Shown in pieces: positions 17,804 through 27,264 of a DNA stretch of 64,000 nt. Numbering within the stretch: the first letter of the stretch is position 1; each line of letters opens with the position of its first letter. The position numbers and the translations under genes were made by a program. The stretch is taken from positions 16,592 to 80,591 of the forward strand of contig CAVXOY010000018.1 of NCBI GenBank assembly GCA_963763495.1, read 5' to 3'. The notes under the pieces were generated by a model, which was given only the letters and a program-made list of their open reading frames with translations, did not search any database and was not told the origin of the DNA. This DNA is from an uncultured Chloroflexia bacterium (GTDB lineage Bacteria > Chloroflexota > Dehalococcoidia > DSTF01 > JALHUB01).

Positions 17804-18463
17804 ATGTCCGAACAAGAACAAGAGGGAGAGCGGCCGTCGATCCTGGACCACCGCAGCTCCGCCGGAGGAAAGAAAAGCGCCGAATCGGCGAAACCCGCCG
17901 CTGAAGCCAAAGACATCGAGGCTCTGAAGGCCGGCCTCGAAGAAGAGAAGAAGAAGGCCGAGGCCTACCTCGCCAACTGGCAGCGGGCCGCCGCCGACTT
18001 CCAGAACTACAAGCGCCGCACCGAGCAGGAACGGGAAGAGTTGGGACGGCTGGCCAACGCCGCCCTCGTCATCAACATCCTGCCCACCCTCGATGACCTG
18101 GAGCGCGCCCTCACCAGCGTCGATAGCCATCTCGCCGGCCTCACCTGGATCGACGGCATATGGCTGATCTACCGCAAGCTCCAGGCCGTCCTCGAGGCGA
18201 GCGGTGTCAAGCAGATCAATACCGAGGGCCAGGAGTTCGACCCCCGTTTCCACGAAGCCGTCATGACCGGTGAGGGCGAGGAGAACAAGATAATCTCCGA
18301 AGTCCAGAAGGGCTACATGCTCGGCGACCGCGTCATCCGACCCGCCGCCGTCGTCGTCGGCCGCGGCCAAGAGAAGAGAATCCGAATCTGGAGGCGGTTA
18401 GCTGGGCGCTATGGGTTACGGACAGTATGGACAGCGAGACGGACATACGGGATTGAGCAATGA
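17804..18463 (+). CDS. grpE: nucleotide exchange factor GrpE with an atypical ~35-aa basic C-terminal tail
   Basis: ADFQNYKRRTEQE...INILPTLDDLERAL...FDPRFHEAV...GYMLGDRVIRPAAVVV. This is followed by GRGQEKRIRIWRRLAGRYGLRTVWTARRTYGIEQ, which runs into the low-GC insert. Confidence 0.9.
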   Translation: MSEQEQEGERPSILDHRSSAGGKKSAESAKPAAEAKDIEALKAGLEEEKKKAEAYLANWQRAAADFQNYKRRTEQEREELGRLANAALVINILPTLDDLERALTSVDSHLAGLTWIDGIWLIYRKLQAVLEASGVKQINTEGQEFDPRFHEAVMTGEGEENKIISEVQKGYMLGDRVIRPAAVVVGRGQEKRIRIWRRLAGRYGLRTVWTARRTYGIEQ

Positions 18464-19308
18464 GCCCGTTTCTGAGGAAGTAGAGAGCGGCCAAATTCGC
18501 TTCCGGCTGGCCTACCTGAAGACACCGCAAAATGAGGCGCATTTTGTGATTCACGCAGATCCGCGCTTCCGGACCTACTCCAGCGATCTCCAGCCTGAAG
18601 GGGTGCTTGAGAGACTGGGCTTCCAACCGTTTCCCACGTGCAACGTGTTGGGTGGGGGATGCCACTGACCTGTATTTCGCTGAGGCCCGTTCAGACGCAA
18701 GGCAGCGCGGAGACATGCTTCGCGAATCAGCCCACTCACGATGCGTACAAGCGTTTCATTGAGTACTTTCCGGGCTTAGTCAAGACGATGATGGATGTCG
18801 ACTTCAAGCTCCGAATGGCGGGCTTTGACATCTTTCCTTGGGAGGGTGTGGGTATGAAGCCCTGGGACATCACTAGTGGCGTCAAGGAGATCTTTGTACC
18901 ACCCGCCCATGAGCACGAGGCCTACGTCAAGATCCGTGACATCATCAAGAAGGCACACGCTACGTTACTCGCTTGCTGACCCCTATGTGGACAGCGACCT
19001 ATTTCGACTGCTTTCGAACGTTGATCCAAAGGTTCAGGTGCGCATTCTTACGCGTAATACTGCCGAATGACTTTACTCTAGAACTGCAAAAGTTCCGCGG
19101 TGAAGGTCATAACGTCGAGGCACGAGGCGACTCTACCTTACTGCACGATCGGTTTATTCTCGCTGATGCGGAGTGCTATCATCTTGGCCCCTCGATCAAA
19201 GACGCGGGCGTCAAGGGCTTCGCGATCAGCCTGATGGAAGATCGGACGGTTGTAGAGGCCATACGCAAAGTCGTACAACAGGCCTGGGAGGGGGCGAATC
19301 CTCTCTAG
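18411..19308 (+). pseudogene. decayed gene of unknown function in a low-GC insert; the C-terminal part resembles a PLD-fold/MIT_C-like 'HDR' module
   Basis: Pieces appear in at least 4 frames: ORFs 18411-18668, 18638-18979, 18876-19070 and 18973-19308. Joined reading: ...FVPPAHEHEAYVKIRDIIKKAHATLL/LADPYVDSDLFRLLSNVDPKVQVRILTRN/LPNDFTLELQKFRGEGHNVEARGDSTLLHDRFILADAECYHLGPSIKDAGVKGF.... Hand-counted GC is about 43-55% per 60-nt line. Confidence 0.4.
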
Positions 19309-19503
19309 GCTATTGACACTAACCAGAGGGGGTCGCCCCGCCACAGGGGCTCCGGGGATGCGCCCCCAAGAGCAGGGATACATCCCTGGGTGGGCAGGGT
19401 GGGAAAATCCATCGTCGTCTAGCAGATAGACGGCAAGCGATCTCTAGCTGAGAAACAAGCTATCATCTAATCAAACATATCGCCTTAAGCGGAGGAGACT
19501 ACC

Positions 19504-21405
19504 ATGGCGAAAGTAATAGGAATCGACCTCGGAACCACCAATAGCTGCGTCGCCGTCATCGAGGGCGGCGAGCCCACCGTCATCCCCAACACCGAAGGCG
19601 GGCGCACCACCCCCTCCGTCGTCGCCGTCAGCAAGTCGGGCGAGCGCCTCGTCGGCACCGTTGCCAAGCGCCAGGCCATCACCAACCCCGATAACACCGT
19701 CTACTCCATCAAGCGCCTCATGGGCCGCCGCTTCGACGACCCCGAGGTCGAGCGCGACAAGACCCTCCTCTCCTACAAAATCGCAAGCTCCCCCAACGGC
19801 GACGCCCACGTGACGATGGGTGGCCGCGACTACTCCCCCGCCGAGATCTCCGCCATGATCCTCCAGAAGCTGAAGTCGGACGCCGAGGCCTATCTGGGCG
19901 AGCCCGTCACCGAGGCGGTCATCACCGTCCCCGCCTACTTCAACGACAGCCAGCGCTCGGCGACCAAGGACGCCGGCAAGATCGCCGGCCTCGAAGTCCT
20001 GCGCATCATCAACGAGCCCACGGCTGCCTCCCTCGCCTACGGCCTCGACAAGAAGGCGGAGGAGACGATAGCCGTCTACGACCTGGGTGGCGGCACCTTC
20101 GACATCTCTATCCTCGAGTTGGGTGAAGGCACCTTCCAGGTGAAGTCCACCAGCGGCAACACCCACCTCGGCGGCGACGACTTCGACCAGCGCGTCATCG
20201 ACTGGCTCTGCGACGAGTTCAAGCGTGACCAGGGCATCGACCTCAAGCAGGACCGCATGGCCCTCCAGCGCCTCAAGGAAGCGGCGGAGAAGGGCAAGTG
20301 CGAGCTGTCCTCCGTCATGCAGACTGAGATCAACCTGCCCTTCATCACCGCCGACGCCGCCGGCCCCAAGCACATGAACATCACCCTCTCCCGCGCCAAG
20401 CTGGAGCAACTGGTGCACGAACTCGTCGAGAGCACCCTCGGCCCCTGCAACCAGGCCCTCTCCGACGCCGGTGTCACCGCCGCTCAGGTCGACGAGGTGG
20501 TGCTCGTCGGCGGTCAGACGCGCATGCCCCTTGTCCAGGAGACCGTCCGCCAGTTCTTCGGCAAGGAGGCCCACAAGGGCGTCAACCCCGATGAGGTCGT
20601 TGCCGTCGGCGCCGCCATCCAGGCCGGCGTCCTCAAGGGCGAGGTCCACGACGTCCTCCTCCTCGACGTCACCCCCCTCACGCTCGGCATCGAGACGCTG
20701 GGCGGCGTCATGACCCCGCTCATCCAGCGGAACACGACGATCCCCAGCAGCAAGAGCCAGACCTTCAGCACGGCCGCCGACAACCAGCCCAGCGTCGAGA
20801 TCCACGTCCTTCAGGGCGAGCGCGCCATGGCCGGCGACAACAAATCGCTGGGTCGCTTCATGCTCGACGGCATCCTGCCCTCGGCGCGCGGCATCCCTCA
20901 GATCGACGTCACCTTCGATATCGACGCCAACGGCATCCTCAACGTCTCCGCCCGCGACAAGGCGACCGGCAAGGAGCAGAAGATCACCATCACCGCCGGC
21001 TCCGGCCTCAGCAAGGACGAAGTCGAGCGCTACCAGAAAGAGGCCGAGCTCCACGCCGAAGAGGACCGCCGCCGCCGCGACGAGATCGAGACGCGCAACA
21101 TGGCCGACAGCATGGCCTACACCGCCGAGAAGATCCTCCGCGACCAGGCCGACAAAGTCCCCGCCGACCTCAGGAGCGAGGTCGAGGGCAAGGTCGCGGC
21201 CCTGCGCAGCGCCCTCCAGTCCGGCGGCATCGACCAGATACGCAGCGCGATGAATGAGCTATCGGAGTCGATGCAGAAGATCGGCGCTGCCGCCTACGGC
21301 CAAGGCGGGCCGGAGATGGCGCCCGGCGCTGAGGGTCCTGAGGGCGGCGAGCCGTCCGCGCCACCGGAAGAAGGCACCGTCGAAGGCGAGTTCCGCGAGG
21401 TATAA
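19504..21405 (+). CDS. dnaK: molecular chaperone DnaK (Hsp70)
   Basis: [18 protein letters not shown]...[12 protein letters not shown]...[10 protein letters not shown], with a C-terminal lid. The ORF is an intact 633 aa. Confidence 0.98.
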   Translation: MAKVIGIDLGTTNSCVAVIEGGEPTVIPNTEGGRTTPSVVAVSKSGERLVGTVAKRQAITNPDNTVYSIKRLMGRRFDDPEVERDKTLLSYKIASSPNGDAHVTMGGRDYSPAEISAMILQKLKSDAEAYLGEPVTEAVITVPAYFNDSQRSATKDAGKIAGLEVLRIINEPTAASLAYGLDKKAEETIAVYDLGGGTFDISILELGEGTFQVKSTSGNTHLGGDDFDQRVIDWLCDEFKRDQGIDLKQDRMALQRLKEAAEKGKCELSSVMQTEINLPFITADAAGPKHMNITLSRAKLEQLVHELVESTLGPCNQALSDAGVTAAQVDEVVLVGGQTRMPLVQETVRQFFGKEAHKGVNPDEVVAVGAAIQAGVLKGEVHDVLLLDVTPLTLGIETLGGVMTPLIQRNTTIPSSKSQTFSTAADNQPSVEIHVLQGERAMAGDNKSLGRFMLDGILPSARGIPQIDVTFDIDANGILNVSARDKATGKEQKITITAGSGLSKDEVERYQKEAELHAEEDRRRRDEIETRNMADSMAYTAEKILRDQADKVPADLRSEVEGKVAALRSALQSGGIDQIRSAMNELSESMQKIGAAAYGQGGPEMAPGAEGPEGGEPSAPPEEGTVEGEFREV

Positions 21406-21471
21406 CAATTGTCCGCGGTGCGGGCATCGGGCCTGCCGTGGATGCCCAGCGTGGATCGTGACCGAGCGCAG

Positions 21472-22203
21472 CTAGATGGGCGCTCCCTCCAGCCTCAGCA
21501 GCTTCTCCTTCACGTCCAGCCCGCCGCCGTACCCGTGGAGCCCGCCGTCGCTGCCGATGACACGATGACAGGGCACGACAATGGGGATAGGATTCTGGCC
21601 CAAGGCAGCGCCCACGGCCCGCGACGCTCTCGGCTTGCCGATGCGCCGCGCGATCTCGCCGTAGCTCACCACCTGCCCGGCCGGTACCTCTGCCGTCGTT
21701 TCTAGCACCAGCCGCTGGAATCGAGTCTGTCCGGTAAGATCCACGACCATGTCGAAGCGCTTTCGCCGCCCGGCGAAATACTCCCGCAGTTGCGATGTAG
21801 CGCCTTTGACATCCTCACCTGCCCTCAGCGGTCGAAAGCCCCGTCTCTGCAAGCGTCCCACGAAGTCCTGTTCCGTGCTGGGGAACGAGATGGCGCAGAG
21901 TCCCCTTTCCGAGACGGCCATGAAAAGCCGTCCCACGGGTGAACGACTCCACACACCGTAGCTGGCTACAGGTTTGGCCGCCAGACTAAGCGCCTCTTCG
22001 AGCCTCGCGCGCGCCGCACTAACGACCTTGTCCAGTGCCACCTCTTTGGCGGCCGCGTCCAGGGCCACCAGCAGCCGCGCATGCTTTGACCACAGGATGT
22101 GGCAGGCAGGGCAAGAAGCGATGTGTTCCCGCCATTCTTCCGGGGAGGAGTCCCCCGCCAGCAGGGCCACTAAATCCTTTTCCGTTAGGCACTCTCTGGT
22201 CAT
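21472..22203 (-). CDS. cytoplasmic zinc-anti-sigma (ZAS, HxxxCxxC) domain fused to a complete methylated-DNA-protein-cysteine methyltransferase (Ogt/MGMT)
   Basis: The N-terminal ~78 aa carry HIASCPAC, and there is no TM segment. The rest is Ogt: SPVGRLFMAVSERGLCAISF...VVSYGEIARRIGKPRASRAVGAALGQNPIPIVVPCHRVIGSDGGLHGYGGGLDVKEKLLRLEG. The ATG overlaps the stop of the upstream ECF sigma (ATGA, 22200-22203). Confidence 0.85.
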   Translation of the reverse strand: MTRECLTEKDLVALLAGDSSPEEWREHIASCPACHILWSKHARLLVALDAAAKEVALDKVVSAARARLEEALSLAAKPVASYGVWSRSPVGRLFMAVSERGLCAISFPSTEQDFVGRLQRRGFRPLRAGEDVKGATSQLREYFAGRRKRFDMVVDLTGQTRFQRLVLETTAEVPAGQVVSYGEIARRIGKPRASRAVGAALGQNPIPIVVPCHRVIGSDGGLHGYGGGLDVKEKLLRLEGAPI

Positions 22204-22685
22204 GATGTCACCTCCGCGAAGTGCGCCCTAATCCGGCGCAACCCCTGGTAGACGTTCGCCCTGGCCGAATCCATCGAGCAGCCCAACACCAGCGCTATCT
22301 CGTCATAGCCCATTCCCTGGAACTTGCGCAGCAGCACGGCCTCGCGCTGACGCCGGGGCAGCGAGTCCACAAACGATCTGACGGCGAGGGCCAGCTCGTG
22401 GGCGCCCTCCTCCGGACTGTCCCCGTACACCAGCGCCTCATCCAGCGGTAACGGTTGGCGAGCGCGCCGGCGCCGGGCGTCATGGCACACGTTCGAGGCT
22501 ATCCGATACAGCCACGCTCTCCGGTTGGCCGTCTCAGGGAGTCGAGGATAGGCGCGAAAAGCGCGCAGAAAAGTCTCCTGGAAAGCGTCCTGGGCGGCCT
22601 GGGAGTCGCGGAGGCTGCGCACTGCGTAACTCATTATCTCCCGTTGATAGCGGTCTATCAGGCTTTCAAAAGTCGGGGCTGCCAA
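22200..22685 (-). CDS. ECF RNA polymerase sigma factor
   Basis: Region 2: AQDAFQETFLRAFRAYPRLPETANRRAWLYRIASNVCHDARRRR. Region 4: QREAVLLRKFQGMGYDEIALVLGCSMDSARANVYQGLRRIR. TTG start preceded by AGGAGG with a 4-nt spacer. Confidence 0.88.
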   Translation of the reverse strand: MAAPTFESLIDRYQREIMSYAVRSLRDSQAAQDAFQETFLRAFRAYPRLPETANRRAWLYRIASNVCHDARRRRARQPLPLDEALVYGDSPEEGAHELALAVRSFVDSLPRRQREAVLLRKFQGMGYDEIALVLGCSMDSARANVYQGLRRIRAHFAEVTS

Positions 22686-22807
22686 GTTCCCTCCTGCTGG
22701 TAGACGGCGTTCGCCTCCATCCCGTCGGCTTTCTCTGCCGCGCCCATTGTAGCAGTTGCTTTCGCGCCTTCAGAAGAGTCCTGGGTCTCCTCGTCCGGCA
22801 CTGACAT
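22658..22807 (-). CDS. 49-codon acidic upstream ORF overlapping the ECF sigma start (uORF, small protein, or frameshifted N-terminal extension)
   Basis: Own translation: MSVPDEETQDSSEGAKATATMGAAEKADGMEANAVYQQEGTWQPRLLKA*. ATG 22807-22805 is preceded by GAGGAGG 4 nt upstream. Third positions are mostly G/C. Confidence 0.35.
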   Translation of the reverse strand: MSVPDEETQDSSEGAKATATMGAAEKADGMEANAVYQQEGTWQPRLLKA

Positions 22808-23063
22808 ATCGCCTCCTCTTCTGGCGCGTTATCCCTCACCACTTAGTAAGACTCTGTGGCGGCCCGTTTTGTGAAATGGATCAGCCGAGAAAGAGGGATG
22901 GTTAATCAGAGGAGCTAGGGCGCCGAGAGAGTGTTCCTCAGCGCCTTCAACCCCGACACTGTATCGTTTCCCTGACGGACTTGCCGCAGATTCAGTAACC
23001 GCCGGGCGTGAGGCGAACGGAAAACGGTCTCCCGTTTCTATCTGGGCCTATGTGGTGCCGCGG

Positions 23064-25535
23064 CTACGCTGCCTTGCGGTCGATTCGGGGTTTGCGGGGG
23101 CTTGGACGCCTGAACGGCCGCTGCCGCTTTGTGGCGTACATCGCGGCGTCCGAGAACTTGATGAGGTCGGCGATGGTCCTGCCGTCTTCAGGGTACATGG
23201 CGAGTCCTATGCTGGCCCCAACTGATATTGTCGCTCCTGTTTCCGGGTCGCTGACGGTGGTCTTTGCCAACGCGTCCATCACTTGGTTGCGGTAGTACTC
23301 AGCGGCATTCCTGTCGGCGCTCGGCAGGATTGCCACGAACTCATCTCCCCCGTATCGTCCCACTACCGCGTCGTCTCTTGATAGGGCGTCGGCCACGGCC
23401 ACAAGCAGGGCGTCGCCCACCTGGTGGCCGTAGGTGTCGTTTGTGACCTTCAGGCCGTTGACATCGATCATGGCCACGGCCCATACAGCAGCCTGTTCTC
23501 CATCGGAGATCAGACTGCGCATCTCGTCCACAATGCCCCCATGATTGAGGACCCCGGTTAGCGGATCGCGGCGTGCCTGCTCCCGTAGGGCCTCCGCTGC
23601 CGCCTTGCGCTCGGTGATGTCGGTGAAAAGCCCACGATGCACCTACGGCCGTCTAAGGCCATCAGAATGGCGTTGACGTCAGCGTAGAATAGGCTGCCGT
23701 CTCTGCGCTGGCATGGAATGTCAGCTGCCAACGGCTTTTCACCCCGCGCTTGGGCCTCGAACTCGGCCAGCACGTAACTCAGGACTCCTCTGGGTGAATG
23801 TCCGCCATGCCCAGCCGCAAGAACTCCTCTTCAGTGTATCCGAACATCCTGCACATCGCGGGGTTGGCATGGCGGAATTGCTTCGTTTGCAGGTCGGCCA
23901 CGAGCATTCCGTCTGGGGCGCCTGCGAACAGCGCCTTGTACCTTGCCTCGCTTCCCGTAGCGTCTGCTCCACCTGTCTGCGCTCGATGACCCGTCCCAAT
24001 CGCTCGGCGATGGCATTGACAAGGCTCCTTTCTTCCGTCAGGAAGGGGCCCTCATCGCTTTCCGGCTTCTCCTCCAGGTAGCAGACCTCCACGGCGCCAA
24101 TCCGCTCGCCGTTGACGATGATGTCGCTGGTTTGCCTCCAGGCCGTTTCTCTGAAACTCCCCGACAGATACTCTTGACCGCCTAGGACGATTCGTGCGCA
24201 GGTAATCTCCGGATACTGCCAAGCGGGGGGGATGAGGTTGGCCGTCCCTTGGAGTATCTCTTCCAGCGAAATGTCCGGCCTCTGAACCAGATTCGAGATT
24301 CCATAAAGGCAATTCAGCTCCTTGGCCCGCTCTTTCAGATCGTGTTCGCTCTCGCGCAACGCCTCCTCCGCCTGCTTCTGGGCAGTGATGTCTCGAATCG
24401 CCCCGATCATGGTGGCAGGTTGTTCATTTGAGTAGCGAACGAACACGCTGTTGTCGCTGAACCAGCGGTATTCTCCGTCCTTGCGTTTCGAGCGGTATAC
24501 GGATATCGCGCTCCTTTGGCCTTCGTCCCAATCCTTCGTCAGGTTTTTTATCTCCCCTGTCAGCCGTTTGCCATCTTCGGGATGGATTCTTTCAGCAACT
24601 CCTCCAAGGCCCATGGCAACGACCTCTTCGGGGGTAAATCCGGTTAGCTCAAGCACGGATGGGCTGACATAGTCGTAGGTGCCGGTTTGAAGGTTGCTCT
24701 TGTATATGAAGTCGCGGGATACGTCGAGGACGTAGCGGAAGTGCTGCTCTGATTCCTGAAGCTGCGCCGATCTCTCAACCAGCGCGTCCGTCATCTCGTT
24801 GAAGTCGTGGGCCAGCGATGCCACTTCCTCTGGGCCGGCCACCTTTGCCCTTGCTTCCAGATTCCCTGACGCGACGGCCCTGGCACTTACCGAAGCGAGG
24901 CGAGGGGCCGCACGATCGACACGACAAGCACTATGAGCGTAGCGGCGCCTCCCAGGATGGCAAAGGCGCTAAGCCCGATGCAGTTGAGAGTGGTCTCTGA
25001 GCTCGCTCGCGCCGCGCCCTCCGCCACCAGCGCCGCCTGCTGCTCACTGAGACGCACTAGTCTCCCATCATCGCCTCGATCTTGTGCCACATCTGCGGGT
25101 AGTATTGCAGGCCCAGTTCCACCCTGGTGGGCCGGTCGGCGGTGGCGGCGAAGCGAGGACTGTCCACCTCTTGCCGCACTTGGTCCATCTGCTCGGCAAA
25201 GCTGTCGAGGGCGGCGATCTGGTCGGTCTCGCCGATGGCGCCAGCGTGGAGCGAGCCTTCGCCAGGCTCTTGTCTCCACTCCTGTGCTTGGCGGTAGGAG
25301 TCGATGAACGGGGCAGCGTCTTCCGCGAATACTGCGGCGTCATAGGGTCGGCGCCGCGGAAGAATTGCGCCCGGCATCTTCCAGGCGGGCGATCACGGTG
25401 CTCTTTGCTCGAGCCCCTCGTGGTCCCGGTCCTTCTGGCGTGCCAGGTCGCGAGCGCTGCCAAGCTGACCAGGAGCACCAGCAGCACCAGGATCGCTACC
25501 TTGGCTCGCCCTTGCGCTGATCTCAGACCAAACAT
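23064..25535 (-). pseudogene. membrane sensor diguanylate cyclase (TM-periplasmic domain-TM-HAMP-PAS-GAF-like-PAS-GGDEF) with at least 6 frame breaks
   Basis: Pieces: 25068-25535 (TM AILVLLVLLVSLAALA), 25057-25377, 24887-25279 (second TM), 23739-24842 (HAMP end, PAS, GAF-like region). An unlisted frame gives a PAS domain (YKALFAGAPDGMLVADLQTKQFRHANPAMCRMFGYTEEEF). Then 23558-23773 and 23064-23642 (GGDEF, RYGGDEFVAIL). Confidence 0.75.
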
Positions 25536-25839
25536 CGCTCCCGGCTTCCGTGACCTCGCTCGGTTCCTTTTCGATCATGGCGAGTCGCCGCGTTGCCCGC
25601 CTTCGCAGTCGCGGAGCTAGAAGGCGTGCGTACAGCAGCCCCTTTCGTAGGCATTATCGGACAACCTCAGCCAGCGGCCATCTATCACCGGGCAGACTCG
25701 CGCAGCACCTCAGGATTCGTCCCGGCACAACGTTCCCCGCGTTACTCACAATTCGGCCAGTCCGACCCCGCGCTGCCTCCATCCGTGCTATCATCTCCCT
25801 GACGCGACAGATAGCAAAGGATTGCCCTGACAGCACGGC

Positions 25840-27174
25840 ATGAAGCGAGAGCTACCCTGGCCCAACAAGCTCCTCTACGCCTCCGGCTCCCTCGGCGGCA
25901 ACGTCATCTCCCGCAGCAAAGACCTCTGGCTCATCTACTTCTTCGCCCCGCCGTCCGACGCCGACATCCCGACCCTTGTCCCCCGTCTCACCATCGGCAT
26001 CCTCATGTTCGTCGCCCGCATGATCGAAGCCCTCGACGACCCCCTCATCGGCTACTGGAGCGACCGCACCAGCTCCCGTTGGGGACGCCGCATCCCCTTC
26101 GTCGTCACCGCTACGCCGTTCTATGCCTTCTTCTTCTTCCTTCTCTGGACGCCGCCCGACAACCACGAGTCGATTCGCAACGCCGCCTACTTCTTCGTTA
26201 TGCTGGAGAGCTTCCATCTCTTCAGCACCCTCTCCGGCGGCCCCTTCGAGTCCCTCCTGCCCGAGATCGCTGCCACCAGCAAAGACCGAGTCGGCATCGT
26301 CGTCTGGCAGGTGGCTTTTGGCGCTGTCGGGGCAGGCATCGGCATGGTGGCCAGCGGCCTCATCATCGACAGCCTGGGCTACTGGCAGATGGGCCTCATA
26401 ATGGGGGTCACCGGCCTCCTCTCCCGCTACGTCGCCCTTGGCGGCGCCTGGCGCCACGTCCGCGTCGAGCAGCCGCCGGCAAAGATCGACCTCGTGCGCG
26501 CCTTCCGCACGACCCTTACCAATGACCAGTTCCTCTTCTTTCTTCCTACCTTCGTCCTCTTCAACGCCGGCATATCGATGATGACCGGCATGCTCCCCTT
26601 CTTCGCCGACGCCGTCCTCAACGTCGAACAAGAGGGCAGGACCGTGGCCGCTCTCACCGCCACCAGCATCGGCTTCCTCGCCCTCGCCCTTTTCCCCATG
26701 TATCGCCTCGCTGTGCGCCGGAGCAAGGCTTGGGCCTACCGCTGGGCCATGCTCATCGCCGGCTTCTACCTGCCCTGGCTCTTCTTCATGGGCTTCCTGC
26801 CCGGCATTGGCAGAGTCCTCCAGTCCTTCTTCTTCGTCGCCTTCATCGGCATCCCTATGACCGCTATGAACGCCTTTCCCAACGCCATCATGGCCGACAT
26901 CATCGACTACGACGAGCTGGAGACGGGCGAGCGCCGCGAGGCGATGTACTACGGCACCCAGGCCACCCTGGAGAAGATGGCCTCCGCCCTCTATCCTCCC
27001 ATCCTCGCCCTCCTGCTCATCGCCGGCAGCACCGCCGATAACCCATTGGGCATCCGGCTCGTCGGCCCTGTGGCCGGGCTGCTCTGTCTGGCGGCCTACC
27101 TCTGCTTCCGCGGCTACCGCCTGCCCGATCAGGTAACCGCCGAAACGGTGACAAAACGCGGCCGTCCAGCGTGA
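25840..27174 (+). CDS. MFS transporter, glycoside-pentoside-hexuronide (GPH) cation symporter-like
   Basis: Intact, polytopic, 444 aa. The GPH-like N-terminus reads KLLYASGSLGGNVI...FVARMIEALDDPLIGYWSDRTSSRWGRRIPF. Confidence 0.75.
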   Translation: MKRELPWPNKLLYASGSLGGNVISRSKDLWLIYFFAPPSDADIPTLVPRLTIGILMFVARMIEALDDPLIGYWSDRTSSRWGRRIPFVVTATPFYAFFFFLLWTPPDNHESIRNAAYFFVMLESFHLFSTLSGGPFESLLPEIAATSKDRVGIVVWQVAFGAVGAGIGMVASGLIIDSLGYWQMGLIMGVTGLLSRYVALGGAWRHVRVEQPPAKIDLVRAFRTTLTNDQFLFFLPTFVLFNAGISMMTGMLPFFADAVLNVEQEGRTVAALTATSIGFLALALFPMYRLAVRRSKAWAYRWAMLIAGFYLPWLFFMGFLPGIGRVLQSFFFVAFIGIPMTAMNAFPNAIMADIIDYDELETGERREAMYYGTQATLEKMASALYPPILALLLIAGSTADNPLGIRLVGPVAGLLCLAAYLCFRGYRLPDQVTAETVTKRGRPA

Positions 27175-27264
27175 AAAGAGCCGCCCCAATCTGGTATGAT
27201 TAGGTGATCGGCTGTATCTGGATATCGGCTTGCTTTAGCGGATGGGAATGCAATCACTATCGGT

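Noticed and set aside
18300-19500. Whether the low-GC insert between grpE and dnaK can be called a mobile element.
   Set aside because: It has no transposase, integrase or recombinase, no terminal inverted repeats, and no convincing direct repeats at the GC transition points. Only short shared strings such as GAATCC are present. It is reported as an insert with a decayed gene, not as a mobile element.
19471-21054. Very long ORFs antisense to real genes. Examples: 527 aa opposite dnaK, 481 aa at 13150-14595 opposite rho, 445 aa at 25852-27189 opposite the MFS gene, 440 aa at 47218-48540 opposite groEL, 440 aa at 49493-50815, 350 aa at 11093-12145 and 316 aa at 31324-32274.
   Set aside because: These are typical high-GC shadow frames. 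Their composition is Gly/Ala/Asp/Arg/Val-rich low complexity with no recognisable motifs. Each is fully covered by a confidently identified gene on the other strand.
21422-21447. A hairpin GGGCATC-N12-GATGCCC between the convergent dnaK and anti-sigma-Ogt genes, considered as a bidirectional terminator.
   Set aside because: It has only 7 bp, a 12-nt loop and no U/A tracts on either side. This is too weak to annotate.
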